Part shown: positions 10,669-20,924 of the stretch, in pieces
How the letters are laid out: every line of letters begins with the position of its first letter
How positions within the stretch are numbered: position 1 is the first letter of the stretch
Assembly (NCBI GenBank): GCA_043821645.1
Contig: JBDRCO010000094.1
Location: 70,769-134,768, forward strand
Length of the DNA stretch: 64,000 nucleotides
Direction of reading: 5' to 3'
From: Pseudomonadota bacterium
GTDB lineage: Bacteria > Myxococcota > JACRCW01 > JAFGSX01
Made by a program: the position numbers and the translations under genes
Notes under the pieces: generated by a model
What the model was told of the DNA's origin: nothing
The model's input: the letters and a program-made list of their open reading frames with translations, nothing else
The model's database searches: none

Positions 10669-12159
10669 GTGCGGACCTTCGTGTGGATCAGTGTGCTCGC
10701 TGCCACGACAGTTCCAGCAATGGCGCCCTCGCTGAGAGCTCAACCCGAGCTCAAGGCTTACTACAAGGACGACTTCATCCTCGAGGACGCAGGTAAGAAT
10801 TTTCAGCTCAAGATCCGCGGCAACATGCACCTGGACGCTCGCGCCTACCAGTGTGAAGGAGAGTGCGGATCGCCGCACAGCCTGGACCTGCGGCGCGCGC
10901 GCATCGATCTGCAGGGGCGCGTGCACCAGTGGTTCGAGTTCCGCATCCAGCCCGAGTTCGCTGACAAGCCACACCTTCGCAACGCCTGGGTCGACGTCGG
11001 GCGCTACCCCTGGCTGCACCTGCGCGCGGGCCAGATGAAGGTGCCCTTCAGCAGCGCCTGGGCCACCCTCGACAACAACCTCAACTTCATCGAGCGCGGT
11101 AGCTCCACGCCCTTCTACACCTTCTTCGACCGCGGAGTGATGGTGTGGGGTGAGATCCTCGACGGCACCATCGTGCCCAGCCTGGGCATCTTCACCGGTG
11201 CCGGGAGTGAACTCGACGTCAACAGCGGGGACATCGACGATGCCAAGGACCTGGCTGGCCGTCTCTTCCTGCAACCCTTCAAGCCCCTGGGCCTGGCGCC
11301 CCTGAGTGGCCTGTTCCTGGTCGCGCAGGGTACCTGGGGCCGCATGAGCGCGCCGACCACGCGCTACGAGACGGGCGGGATGCGTTCGGCCAACTACGAG
11401 TCTGCACTGTGGCGCTGGCGCACCGAACAAACCCTGGGAAGCGATGGCCGGGTCACGGACAGTATCACTGCCACCGTCGACAGCCGCACCCGTTGGGGCC
11501 TCGAAGGTCACTACCTGCTCGGGCCCTTCGCCCTGTCCTGCGAGTATCTCGAGGTGCTGTACGACAACATCGTGGTCCACCACCAGCTTATCGAGGGATC
11601 ATCGCGCAGGGTCAACGAGAAGATCTTCAACACCGACGCCACCCTGCGCAGCTTCAGCGTCTTCGCGTCCTTTTTCATCACGGGCGAGAGCAAGAGCCTG
11701 AGCACTTGGGGCTGGAAGACGGCCCGTCCCACCAGTTCTCTGGGGGAGGGCGGCTTGGGAGCGGTCGAGGTCCTGGCGCGGTACTCGCGAACCTGGACGG
11801 ACCCGAAACTGTTCGAGGTGCACAAGGTCCAGGGCTTCGCCGCCGGCGACTCCGCGCTCCCCGATGGCTACGGCGCTGCTCTGCCCGGGGCCAGCAACCG
11901 GATCAAAGCAGCGGTGCTCGACGGGGCGTCCGAGGTCCATGAGTTCACCGGGGGATTGTCCTGGACCGTCAACCCCATGATCCGCTTGCAGCTCAACGAT
12001 GTCTTCCTGTGGGCACCCGACATCGACCGCGACGGCGATGGCAAGAACGACAACTGGATTCTCTCTGGCAACCGGTCAGACCGCTCGGACCTTGAACGCA
12101 AGAACACGCCCGTACCTTGGGAGAACGCGGTGATGGCGCGCCTGATTCTCAAGATCTGA
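10669..12159 (+). CDS. OprO/OprP family anion/phosphate-selective porin
   Basis: GTG start after GGAGG, signal peptide, DLRRARIDLQG, LRAGQMKVPFS, FIERG, DRGVMVWG, GGLGAVEVLARYS, C-terminal beta-strand ARLILKI. Confidence 0.88.
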   Translation: MRTFVWISVLAATTVPAMAPSLRAQPELKAYYKDDFILEDAGKNFQLKIRGNMHLDARAYQCEGECGSPHSLDLRRARIDLQGRVHQWFEFRIQPEFADKPHLRNAWVDVGRYPWLHLRAGQMKVPFSSAWATLDNNLNFIERGSSTPFYTFFDRGVMVWGEILDGTIVPSLGIFTGAGSELDVNSGDIDDAKDLAGRLFLQPFKPLGLAPLSGLFLVAQGTWGRMSAPTTRYETGGMRSANYESALWRWRTEQTLGSDGRVTDSITATVDSRTRWGLEGHYLLGPFALSCEYLEVLYDNIVVHHQLIEGSSRRVNEKIFNTDATLRSFSVFASFFITGESKSLSTWGWKTARPTSSLGEGGLGAVEVLARYSRTWTDPKLFEVHKVQGFAAGDSALPDGYGAALPGASNRIKAAVLDGASEVHEFTGGLSWTVNPMIRLQLNDVFLWAPDIDRDGDGKNDNWILSGNRSDRSDLERKNTPVPWENAVMARLILKI

Positions 12160-12210
12160 ACAGGCTCGTCGAGAACCGCCGTTGCCCGGGGAGGAAGGAA
12201 TGCTCGCCGT

Positions 12211-13932
12211 ATGACCCCAGCCCCACAGTGGCCCAGTGCCACACCTGAGCACGAGCGAGGCGGACGTTTCTTGCGCTGGCGCATCGTCGTCATCCTGCTG
12301 GCGGTCTCCTTGCTCCCGCTCGCGCTGGTCGGCGTGGGATCGACCCTGGTCTTTGGCGGACTGCTCGAGGAGCGCTCGCTGGAGTTGCAGCGGCAGGTGG
12401 TGCAGAGCCATGCCAGTGCCATCGAGCAATACCTCCTCGAGCGACGCCGTGCCCTGGAGCTGGTGGCGCGCACACATTCCGCCGAGGAGCTCGCGAGCTC
12501 AGGCACCCTGCGGCATGTGTTCGAAGCCCTGAGCGCCAGCGTGCCCGGTGCCTTCGTCGACCTAGGCGTCATCGGCGAGGACGGCCAGCATCTGGCCTAC
12601 GTGGGTCCCTACGACCTGTCGGACAAGAACTACCGGGATGCGGCCTGGTTTCGCAGCGTGCTCGCCGGCGATGTCTACGTGAGCGACGTGTTTCTCGGCT
12701 ACCGGCAGGTGCCGCACTTCATCCTGGCTGTGAAGCGCAGCGGTTCCGCCCGGACCTGGGTGCTGCGCGCGACACTCAACAGCGAGGACTTCGATGGCGT
12801 GGTGCGCAAGCAGGGTCTCAGCGACACCGCCGATGCCTTCCTGGTCAACGAACAGGGCCAGTATCAGACCACCCCGCGCAACGGCCGCGTGCTCGACCTA
12901 GCGCCGATGGTGTCTCCCCTCCAGCATCAAGGATTCCAGCAAGAGCGCGTCGCTGTCGGAGGCATACCCACGCTGCAAACCACCACCTGGCTGCACGGCA
13001 ACCGCTGGATGCTGGTGGTGCGGGAGTCCGAGCGGACCATCCAGGCACCACTGCGCCGAGCCTCCCTCAATGGTGTGCTGGTGGTGTCGCTGGCCGTTCT
13101 GATCGTCGTCATCACCACCATCCTTGCCTCCTGGCACCTGCTGCAGCGGGTCGACCGGGCCAACGCCCAGCGCGATGCGATGTCCAGCGAACTCCTGCGT
13201 TCGGCCAAGCTGGCGTCGCTGGGGGAGCTGGCCACGGGTCTCGCTCACGAGATCAACAACCCCCTCGCCATCATCAGTGCCGAGCAGACCAACATCTCGG
13301 ATGGTGTGCAGGACTTGACGCTGGACACAGATATCGAGAAGGGCCTGCTCGATTCGGTGCGGCGCTGTCGTCGCCAGATCGAGCGCTGCAGCAGCATCAC
13401 AAGCAAGATGCTGCAGTTCGGCCGACGTGCCGACGTGCACCTGAAGCCCACCCAGATCTCACCCCTGCTCGAAGAAACCGTGCGCCTGCTTCACCGTCAG
13501 GCCGCCGTGCGCAACGTGGATCTCGTTCTCCAGGCGGCGCCCGACCTCCCCGAGCTGCTCATCGACGGAACAGAACTGGAACAGGTTGTGGTCAACCTCA
13601 TCAACAACGCGATGGACGCCATCGAGGGTGGCGGCACGGTCGAAGTGGAGGCTCGTAGGACGGGCAAGGAAGTTCGCCTCGCAGTCAAGGACAATGGCTG
13701 CGGCATACCGCGGGAACACCTGGACCGAGTGTTTCAACCCTTCTTCACCACCAAGCCAGTAGGACACGGCACCGGGCTTGGCCTCAGCGTCTGCTACGGC
13801 ATCGTGCGCGGCTGGGGCGCGACCATCACGGCGTCCAGCGAGCCAGGCCGCGGTACCGAGATCACCATTCACGTGCCCGTGCCATCACCCCTGGAACTGC
13901 AGCAGGTGCACGGAGTGTCCCAACCGGCCTGA
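12211..13932 (+). CDS. sensor histidine kinase (Cache-type periplasmic domain, NtrB-like core)
   Basis: Two TMs, AYVGPYDLSDKNYRDAAWF, H-box LAHEINNPL, N-box NLINNAMDA, G1 DNGCGI, FQPFFTTKPVGHGTGLGLS. Confidence 0.95.
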   Translation: MTPAPQWPSATPEHERGGRFLRWRIVVILLAVSLLPLALVGVGSTLVFGGLLEERSLELQRQVVQSHASAIEQYLLERRRALELVARTHSAEELASSGTLRHVFEALSASVPGAFVDLGVIGEDGQHLAYVGPYDLSDKNYRDAAWFRSVLAGDVYVSDVFLGYRQVPHFILAVKRSGSARTWVLRATLNSEDFDGVVRKQGLSDTADAFLVNEQGQYQTTPRNGRVLDLAPMVSPLQHQGFQQERVAVGGIPTLQTTTWLHGNRWMLVVRESERTIQAPLRRASLNGVLVVSLAVLIVVITTILASWHLLQRVDRANAQRDAMSSELLRSAKLASLGELATGLAHEINNPLAIISAEQTNISDGVQDLTLDTDIEKGLLDSVRRCRRQIERCSSITSKMLQFGRRADVHLKPTQISPLLEETVRLLHRQAAVRNVDLVLQAAPDLPELLIDGTELEQVVVNLINNAMDAIEGGGTVEVEARRTGKEVRLAVKDNGCGIPREHLDRVFQPFFTTKPVGHGTGLGLSVCYGIVRGWGATITASSEPGRGTEITIHVPVPSPLELQQVHGVSQPA

Positions 13933-13951
13933 CAGGATTGCGGAGGACGAG

Positions 13952-14788
13952 ATGAAGACCGAACCCCTGATTCCCATCCTGATGGTGGACGATGAGGTGG
14001 ATTTTCTCGACGCCACCAGCATGGCCCTGTCCCGTCGTGGTTTCTCCGTGATCACTGCAGTCGAAGGGAGCCAGGCGCTCGCGCTGCTCGCCCAGCATCG
14101 GGTCTCGGTCGTCATTCTCGACGTCCGCATGCCCGGCATGGACGGAGTCGAGCTCTGCGGTCGCCTCAAGATGCAGTACCCGGACCTCCCCGTGGTCCTG
14201 CTCACCGGGCACGGCAATGTCCAGCAGGCGTTTCAGACCTCGCGCGAGGGCGTGTTCGACTACCTGCTCAAACCCTGCGAGGTGGAGAAGCTCGCGGAGG
14301 TCGCGCGCAGAGCCGCGGCCCATCACGCACCACATCCCACGGAACGCGAGGAGCTCGACACCCCCATCCGCCTGCTTTTCGTGGACGACGAGACAGACTT
14401 TCTGGAGTCCCTCTCCCCTGCCCTGGAGCGCCGCGGCATGGAGGTCACGCCGTCCGCCACCCCCGACCTCGCCCTCTCTTACGCAGCCAGCCAGATCTTC
14501 GACGTGGCCTTGGTCGACATGAAGATGCCTGGCATGGACGGCATGGAGCTGTCGAGGCGCCTGCGCCTCCACCAACCCCTCCTCGAAATCGTGGTGCTCA
14601 CCGGCCACCCGACCATGGGACAGGCTTTCGAGGCCATCAAGCAGGGCGCCTTCGACTTCCTGATGAAGCCGCTCTCCGTGGAAGCCATTACCGCCAAGGT
14701 CAGGCAGGCGAATCGCCAGGCGCAGCGGAGGCGGGAAGCCGACCGGGAGGCTGGCGTGAAGCAGATCCTCGACAACAAGGCGCACTGA
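13952..14788 (+). CDS. response regulator with two tandem receiver domains, no output domain
   Basis: MVDDE...ILDVRMPG...LLTGHG...YLLKP and FVDDE...LVDMKMPG...VLTGH...FLMKP; GGAGG RBS. Confidence 0.93.
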   Translation: MKTEPLIPILMVDDEVDFLDATSMALSRRGFSVITAVEGSQALALLAQHRVSVVILDVRMPGMDGVELCGRLKMQYPDLPVVLLTGHGNVQQAFQTSREGVFDYLLKPCEVEKLAEVARRAAAHHAPHPTEREELDTPIRLLFVDDETDFLESLSPALERRGMEVTPSATPDLALSYAASQIFDVALVDMKMPGMDGMELSRRLRLHQPLLEIVVLTGHPTMGQAFEAIKQGAFDFLMKPLSVEAITAKVRQANRQAQRRREADREAGVKQILDNKAH

Positions 14789-14815
14789 TCTCGCCCAGGC
14801 TCAGTGGAGGACACC

Positions 14816-16663
14816 ATGGCCGACATGCCCAGGACCAAGCCCACGGGCTACAACAAGTACGTCGACGTCAAGACCTTCGGCATCGCCGTCGCCGCGTTCG
14901 TGCTTGTGCTGATCCTGCCCGTACCCTCGAGCATGCTCGACGTGGGCGTCGAGTACTCCCTCGGCAAGCAGATGGTGCAGGAGCAGCTCGCACGGGAGCT
15001 GTTCCACAAGCCTCTGGGCGAGGTGGAGCAATGGCAGGCAGCCACGGCCCAGGCCCTCGAGCTGGGGATGATGCAGGGTGTCTCGGCCAAGGCGACCATG
15101 CTCAAGCGCGACCGCAAGGCACTCAAGAAGGCGGGACTCACCCTTTCCGAAGAGCACTTCAAGAAATATCAGGCGCTTCTCACTGGCCTCGATGACGCGC
15201 GCTTCAAGCAGCTCATGCTGGACGCACGAGAACTCCGCAACACCAAGCTGACCTACGCCGAGCTCGACAGCAAGGACAAGGCCACCGCGGACAGGGCGGC
15301 ACGCAACCTCAAGCTCTGCATTGCCATGGTGATCTTCGTCGTCATCTGCTTCGTCACCGAGGCCATTCCATTGCCCGGGGTCGCCTTCTGCATGGGTCTG
15401 ATCCTGGTCTTCGGAGGGGTCGTCACCCGGCAAGAAGTGGCCTCGATGATGTGGTCGGACGCGGTCTGGTTCATCATGGGGAGCCTGATGTTCGCCACCG
15501 CCTTCGTCGTCACGGGGGTGGACAAGCGCATCTGCCTGGTCCTGTTCCGGGCCCTGGCCAAACCCAGCGTCAAGGTCATCACCTTCATTCTGATCCTCGT
15601 CATCGCCCCCTGCGCTGCCTTCATCTCCGACCACGCTTTGGCAGCCATGTTCTTGCCCATCGCCATCATCCTTTACAGCAACAGTCTCAGCGAGAAGGTG
15701 CCGCAGGACTCCGAGCTGGCCAAGATGCTGGTGATCTGCGTGGCCATGGCCTGCAATATCGGTGGCTTTGGCGCGCCATCAGGCGGGGCGCGTAATGTCA
15801 TCATCATGACCTACCTCGAGGACATGTTCGGCATCAGCATGAGCTATGGACGCTGGATGCTGTTCGGCATGCCCTTCGTGATCATCATGATGCCCGTGCT
15901 CTGGGTTCTGCTGAACTGGCGCTTCAAGCCCAGGATCCACGACCTGTCGCCCGCGCTCGCCACCTTGCGCAAGGACATCGATCGCATGGGCGGCTGGAGC
16001 CGCCAGCAGGTGATCGCACTGGCCATCTTCCTGATCATGCTGTTCGGGTGGATCACCGAGAGCAGCCTGCTCGAGCAATGGCTCGGCATTCGGCTCGGCA
16101 TCGGCGTGCTCGCGGTGGCCGGCGCGGTCGCCTACCTGCTCACGGGCATCGTCAACTGGCGTGACTACCAGCAGAAAGTGGACTGGGGTGTGGTGTGGCT
16201 CTACGCCGGCGCCACGATCTTTGGCAAGGTGCTGGACCAGACCGGCGCTGCGTACTGGATGGCGCGCTCCATCGTCGAGGTCATGGCCAGCTTTGGCGTG
16301 GCCAGCGCGACAGCCTTGCTGGTGGTAGGAGGCTTCGTGACCGCGGGCATGACGCAGCTCATGGCAGATGGCCCTGCGGCTGCGGCCGTCGGTCCGGTGA
16401 CCCTCAACATGGCTGCGGTGGCGGCACCTGGATCCCAGCTCATCCCCTTCATGGGCCTCATCACTTCTTGTGCATCGTCCATGGCCTACCTGCTCATCAT
16501 CGGCACGCCTCCCAATGCCATCGTCTATGCCAGCGGCTACCTCGAGCCGAGGGATTTCCTGCGCGTTGGCATTCCCTGTCTCCTCATTTCCATGACGGTC
16601 CTGCTCACGCTGGCCCTGCTGTACTGGCCACTTCTTGGATTCGCGGGGCTCAAGCCTTTTTAG
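14816..16663 (+). CDS. SLC13/DASS family anion (sulfate/dicarboxylate) transporter
   Basis: TEAIPLP, ISDHALAAMFLPIA, ACNIGGFGAPSGGARN, LIIGTPPNAIVYASG; hydrophilic insertion of roughly 130 aa after TM1. Confidence 0.92.
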   Translation: MADMPRTKPTGYNKYVDVKTFGIAVAAFVLVLILPVPSSMLDVGVEYSLGKQMVQEQLARELFHKPLGEVEQWQAATAQALELGMMQGVSAKATMLKRDRKALKKAGLTLSEEHFKKYQALLTGLDDARFKQLMLDARELRNTKLTYAELDSKDKATADRAARNLKLCIAMVIFVVICFVTEAIPLPGVAFCMGLILVFGGVVTRQEVASMMWSDAVWFIMGSLMFATAFVVTGVDKRICLVLFRALAKPSVKVITFILILVIAPCAAFISDHALAAMFLPIAIILYSNSLSEKVPQDSELAKMLVICVAMACNIGGFGAPSGGARNVIIMTYLEDMFGISMSYGRWMLFGMPFVIIMMPVLWVLLNWRFKPRIHDLSPALATLRKDIDRMGGWSRQQVIALAIFLIMLFGWITESSLLEQWLGIRLGIGVLAVAGAVAYLLTGIVNWRDYQQKVDWGVVWLYAGATIFGKVLDQTGAAYWMARSIVEVMASFGVASATALLVVGGFVTAGMTQLMADGPAAAAVGPVTLNMAAVAAPGSQLIPFMGLITSCASSMAYLLIIGTPPNAIVYASGYLEPRDFLRVGIPCLLISMTVLLTLALLYWPLLGFAGLKPF

Positions 16664-16681
16664 GCGAGGGTGGAGGATGTG

Positions 16682-17557
16682 ATGACGGATATCAGACTTC
16701 TCCTGATCGACGACGAGGATGAGTTCAGAGCCGCGACCTCTCAGGCTCTGACTCGACGTGGCTTCGTGGTGGTCGAGGCCGAGACAGGAGAGCACGGGTT
16801 GCAGCTGCTCGAACGCCAGCAGGTCGACGTCATCGTGCTCGATCTGCGCATGCCTGGTCTCAGCGGCATCGACACGCTCGAACTCATGCGGCAGCGCGGT
16901 ATGCATGCGCCCGTGATCATTCTCACGGGCCATGGTGGCCTGGACGATGCCGTGGCCGGTATTCGCCTGGGCATCGTCGATTTCCTGCAGAAGCCCGTGG
17001 ACATCGACAGGTTGGCTGCCCAAATCCGATCCACCATGGGCCGCGGTGCCAGTTCACCGCTGCGCGAACGAAGCATCCGCGAACTCATGGTGCCCGCCTC
17101 TGCCTACCGCCGCGTCCTCGACGACGAGCCCTTGCGAGACGTCGCGCTGGAACTTCGCAACGCATTGTTCCGTACCGTCGAGGGCGAGGTCACCGAGCAG
17201 GGTCATCGCACCGTGCTGGTGTACGACAAGCAGGAGCACTTCGTGGGTGCCCTGCGTCTCAACGACGTGCTGCGCCAGGCCGTTCCCAGCTTTCTGCGAG
17301 ACTCACCTTACGCGTCGTTCCTCACCGGTATGTTCCTGGCCCAGAGCAAGCTGATGGGCAATCTGCCAGTGCGGGAAGCACTTGGTGAGAAACTGGTCAT
17401 CGACGTCGAAGCACCGCTGATGGAAGCGCTGCACCTGATGACCAGCCGCTGCCTCATCAACCTGCCGGTGGTCGAGGCGGGCCAGGTGGTCGGCGTGCTC
17501 CGCGACAAGGACCTGTTGCTCGAGATCGCGTCCCCGTCGGGGTCACCATCAGAGTGA
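16682..17557 (+). CDS. response regulator with C-terminal CBS domain pair
   Basis: LIDDE...VLDLRMPG...ILTGHG...FLQKP, then IRELMVP...VLVYD...VGAL and LPVVEAGQVVGVLRDKDLL. Confidence 0.9.
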   Translation: MTDIRLLLIDDEDEFRAATSQALTRRGFVVVEAETGEHGLQLLERQQVDVIVLDLRMPGLSGIDTLELMRQRGMHAPVIILTGHGGLDDAVAGIRLGIVDFLQKPVDIDRLAAQIRSTMGRGASSPLRERSIRELMVPASAYRRVLDDEPLRDVALELRNALFRTVEGEVTEQGHRTVLVYDKQEHFVGALRLNDVLRQAVPSFLRDSPYASFLTGMFLAQSKLMGNLPVREALGEKLVIDVEAPLMEALHLMTSRCLINLPVVEAGQVVGVLRDKDLLLEIASPSGSPSE

Positions 17558-17567
17558 TCGCACGCAC

Positions 17568-19580
17568 TCACCTCCGACGACGGCGACGACCTCGACCCGA
17601 CCCAGAATGACTGTGGGCCCTTCTCACCAGCCCACCGGCGGAGAAGCGAAAGCTCCCTCCCGCCGTCGCCTGGGGCTCAAGATCCAGGGCCAGGGCCTCA
17701 TAGCGTTCGCGAGACACCTGGCGTTCCTGGAAAATGAGACGCGCCCAGATATCCTGTTCGTTGGCCTGGCTCACCGCCTCCACCCGCAGCACATCGTGCC
17801 GCGCCACGGCCTTGTGCCAGGAAGACCTCGGTGACGACGGAGCGTGGCCTCTGAACGCCTCGGGTCCACGCTCGCGGTACCACAGCAGGCTGTGGGCTGT
17901 GGACAGTGCGCCCGCCCAGGGGTAGCGGCGCAGTGTCCAACCAATGGAGAGTTTTTCCAGGTCTTGCTCGAGTACCTGCTGCTCGTGCTCGCTGAGAAAC
18001 GAGGACGGGGTGTAAAACAGACCAGTGCCCAGCTGGTCACCCGCTATCCTCCAGGTCTCCCGTAAACCGTACTCCTCGGGATAGCAGGCCACGCGGGAAC
18101 CAGGTCCCAGGCTGAACTCTCCGCAAATGAACAGCGCCGCGTGCTGCCGCAGGCGAGACAGGAGGTGAAGCGTTTGCTGTGCCTGGTCGAGGGTCTCGCC
18201 GGGAAAACCGGTGAAGGTCATGAGCTCGACCGCGACACCCGCTTGCCCCAGATTCTGGACCACGCGCTCGACGTCGGCGACCACCAGGCCCTTGTCGATC
18301 CGGGCCAGCACCTGAGCTGAACCCGACTCGACGCCGAGACTCAAGGCGAGGGCGCCCCCCTCGACGAGTTCGTCGCAGCGCGCGCGAGTGAAGAAGCGCT
18401 CCGGTCTGACGTCGCTTGCCCATCGCAGGCCCTGCCCGCGCTCTCGCAAACCCATCGAGATCGCCAGCAGCGTTCTTGGCGCGATGCTGTCCTGGGAGAG
18501 ATAGAACAGTTTCACGTCGTGACGCCGGGAGAGCTGCGCGAGATCCTCGACGACCCGTGCCACCGGCCTCTCCCGGTAGCAGCCCGTGCCCTCCCGGACC
18601 GGACCGTAGTGGCAAAAGGCACACCGTCCCCAGTAGCAGCCGCGGCTCGAATCGTAGGGGAGCACGAGCTCGGGCGACAGGTATGCGCCCAGGTCCAGGC
18701 CGTCGAGGTCCGGCGCTGGAGCAGCCTGTAGATCGTCCAGCTCGCCCTCGAGGACAGGTCCGAGACTCGCCAGGCCATGCTTGCCGGCAACGCTGGTACA
18801 GATCTGCCGAACGGCCCGGATGCCCTCGCCCGCAACAGCCAGGTCAAAGGGCCCAAGAGCGCGCGCCCGTGCCGATGCGTCCAGCTGCAACAAGATCTGC
18901 GAGATCGCCGCACCACCGATGACAAGAGGCAGATCTTTCCTGGCGCGGCGCAGGGCCAGTGCCAGGGCAAAGGCTGGCTGGACCTGGCTCATGAAGGCGA
19001 CCGAGATGCCGACCCAGTCGAGGTCTGCCCGAGCCAGACGTGGCCCCAGCACGCCGTCATAAAACTCCCGGAAAGGATCGCGACCCGCTGCGGAGTCGGC
19101 GGCGATCGCGGACGCGTCCAGCAGCGAGAACGGAGTTCGGTACCAGGCAAAGTCGAGGTCGAGCGGGTGGTGCACAGCGCCAACCAGGTGCAAGGCTCCT
19201 TGCACCGTGGCCACGGCCGCTTCGTAGGCAGTGGCGTCGTAAAAATCCCGACCGGCCGCGCCATCGAGAACATTGAGTGCCCTGTCTATCCCCCGTGGTA
19301 CGGCGTGTGCATCGCCGCGCGCTCTCCACAAGATCGCGTACTCCCGCATCTGGGAATGATCCAGGCAAGCCATCTGGTCCAGGTCCGCGAGGCGCCGCTC
19401 GAGCTTCTCGCTCAAACCGCGCAGCCTCTCTGTGCCCAACAACCAGCGATAGCCTTCGGCATTGGCGTCGATGGGGAAAACTTGATGACCATCTTGTCGC
19501 AGCACCGCGGTCAGCAAGGGCACCGAGATATAGGGCGCTGTGGGATCCGCAGACGGTGGGTAGATCAGGCCAATGCGCAT
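17568..19580 (-). CDS. B12-binding-domain radical SAM protein
   Basis: Start MRIGLIYPPS; SRGCYWGRCAFC (CxxxCxxC); LGVESGS; GFPGET. Confidence 0.9.
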   Translation of the reverse strand: MRIGLIYPPSADPTAPYISVPLLTAVLRQDGHQVFPIDANAEGYRWLLGTERLRGLSEKLERRLADLDQMACLDHSQMREYAILWRARGDAHAVPRGIDRALNVLDGAAGRDFYDATAYEAAVATVQGALHLVGAVHHPLDLDFAWYRTPFSLLDASAIAADSAAGRDPFREFYDGVLGPRLARADLDWVGISVAFMSQVQPAFALALALRRARKDLPLVIGGAAISQILLQLDASARARALGPFDLAVAGEGIRAVRQICTSVAGKHGLASLGPVLEGELDDLQAAPAPDLDGLDLGAYLSPELVLPYDSSRGCYWGRCAFCHYGPVREGTGCYRERPVARVVEDLAQLSRRHDVKLFYLSQDSIAPRTLLAISMGLRERGQGLRWASDVRPERFFTRARCDELVEGGALALSLGVESGSAQVLARIDKGLVVADVERVVQNLGQAGVAVELMTFTGFPGETLDQAQQTLHLLSRLRQHAALFICGEFSLGPGSRVACYPEEYGLRETWRIAGDQLGTGLFYTPSSFLSEHEQQVLEQDLEKLSIGWTLRRYPWAGALSTAHSLLWYRERGPEAFRGHAPSSPRSSWHKAVARHDVLRVEAVSQANEQDIWARLIFQERQVSRERYEALALDLEPQATAGGSFRFSAGGLVRRAHSHSGSGRGRRRRRR

Positions 19581-19590
19581 CACGGCCACT

Positions 19591-20064
19591 TCAGCGGGTG
19601 GGCGGCGCAACGGTCGCTGCGGGGGCACGACGCCACATGCGGCGGTGCGGGATACCCGCGTCCATGAACTCCTCGCCCCCAGCCACGAAGCCGAACTTCT
19701 CGTAGAAGGGGATGGCATGGGTCTGGGCGTCGAGGACGAGTTCCTGAAGCCCTCGCTCCCCGGCAAGCGAAATGAAGCGGTGCATCAGTAGCGCGCCCAC
19801 GCCCTGGCCTCGCGCCTCGCGCAACACGGCCATGCGGCCAATCTTGCCATGCGGGAACATGCGACCGGTACCCACTGGACGGCCCTGTGCATCCTCGACC
19901 AGGAGCTGCACACAACCCGCGTCCTCACCATCCCACTCCAGCTCCGGCGGCACCTTTTGCTCGTCGATGAACACCTGGCTCCGGATCGCGCGCAGCGTGT
20001 CCTGATCGCGGGTCCAGTCGGCGATCCGTACGCGGCAGACTCCGCCTTGCTTTGCGGCGCTCAT
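19591..20064 (-). CDS. GNAT family acetyltransferase (ElaA/YjcF-like)
   Basis: IRSQVFIDEQKVP, KIGRMAVLREARGQGVG, AQTHAIPFYEKFGF, FMDAGIPHRRM; ATGA overlap with the upstream gene. Confidence 0.92.
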   Translation of the reverse strand: MSAAKQGGVCRVRIADWTRDQDTLRAIRSQVFIDEQKVPPELEWDGEDAGCVQLLVEDAQGRPVGTGRMFPHGKIGRMAVLREARGQGVGALLMHRFISLAGERGLQELVLDAQTHAIPFYEKFGFVAGGEEFMDAGIPHRRMWRRAPAATVAPPTR

Positions 20065-20873
20065 CGTCCCTTGAACTCCGGCGCACGTTTCTGGGCGAAG
20101 GCCATCATGGCCTCCATCAGGTCCTCCGAGGCCAGGTGCGAGGCGTTCCACAACGCCACGTAGTCCAGCCACGGATCGTCGACGCTGGCCTGCTGGCGGG
20201 CCATGACCTGCTTGACACCCTGCACGGTCAGCGGAGGGTTGGCCGCGATGACCTGCGCCTGCGTGGCGACCGCCTGCATCATGGCGTCGGTGTCCGCGTG
20301 AACCGCGTTGAACAAACCCATGCGCTGCGCCTCCTCCGCCTCCACGTCACGACCGGTGAGCGCGAGCTCGCGCGCATGCCCCTGACCCACGATCGCCGGC
20401 AGACGCTGCAGCGAGCCCAGATCGGCGATGATGGCCATGCGCGTCTCGCGCACGCTGACCCGCGTGCCCCGCGTCGCATGTCGAATGTCGCAGGCGCAGA
20501 TGAGGTCGACGCCACCGCCAATGCACCAGCCTTGCACCGCCGCGATGGTGGGCTTGCACAGTCCGGCGAGGGCACGAAAGCCTCGCTGCAGCTCGAGGAT
20601 GAGCTGGTACAGTTGCTGACGCTCGGCGGCCAGGCCACCCTGGAGCGCCGAGGTGAACCCCTCGCCCAGTCCACCCTTGAGATCCAGCCCCACCGAGAAG
20701 TCAGGTCCACGCGCCGCGAGCACCACCACTCGAATCCCGTGATCGTGCGCTAGTTCGTCGACCCGGAGAGGCAGTTCCGCGAAGAAGGCTTGCCCCATTG
20801 CGTTGCGCTGCGCCGCACGATCCAGCCACAGGGTCGCCACGGCGCCGTCCCGGGTGACGTCGAGTACGGTCAT
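20061..20873 (-). CDS. crotonase/enoyl-CoA hydratase family (dienoyl-CoA isomerase-like)
   Basis: FSVGLDL, GWCIGGGVDLICACDIR, ADLGSLQRLP. Confidence 0.92.
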   Translation of the reverse strand: MTVLDVTRDGAVATLWLDRAAQRNAMGQAFFAELPLRVDELAHDHGIRVVVLAARGPDFSVGLDLKGGLGEGFTSALQGGLAAERQQLYQLILELQRGFRALAGLCKPTIAAVQGWCIGGGVDLICACDIRHATRGTRVSVRETRMAIIADLGSLQRLPAIVGQGHARELALTGRDVEAEEAQRMGLFNAVHADTDAMMQAVATQAQVIAANPPLTVQGVKQVMARQQASVDDPWLDYVALWNASHLASEDLMEAMMAFAQKRAPEFKGR

Positions 20874-20924
20874 GTCCACTCCTGTTGAAGCTGCTGTGCG
20901 GCAGAAGTGCCAGCGACACGATGC

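Noticed and set aside
17568-19580. RiPP biosynthetic cluster around the radical SAM gene
   Set aside because: No precursor peptide, peptidase or exporter is evident.
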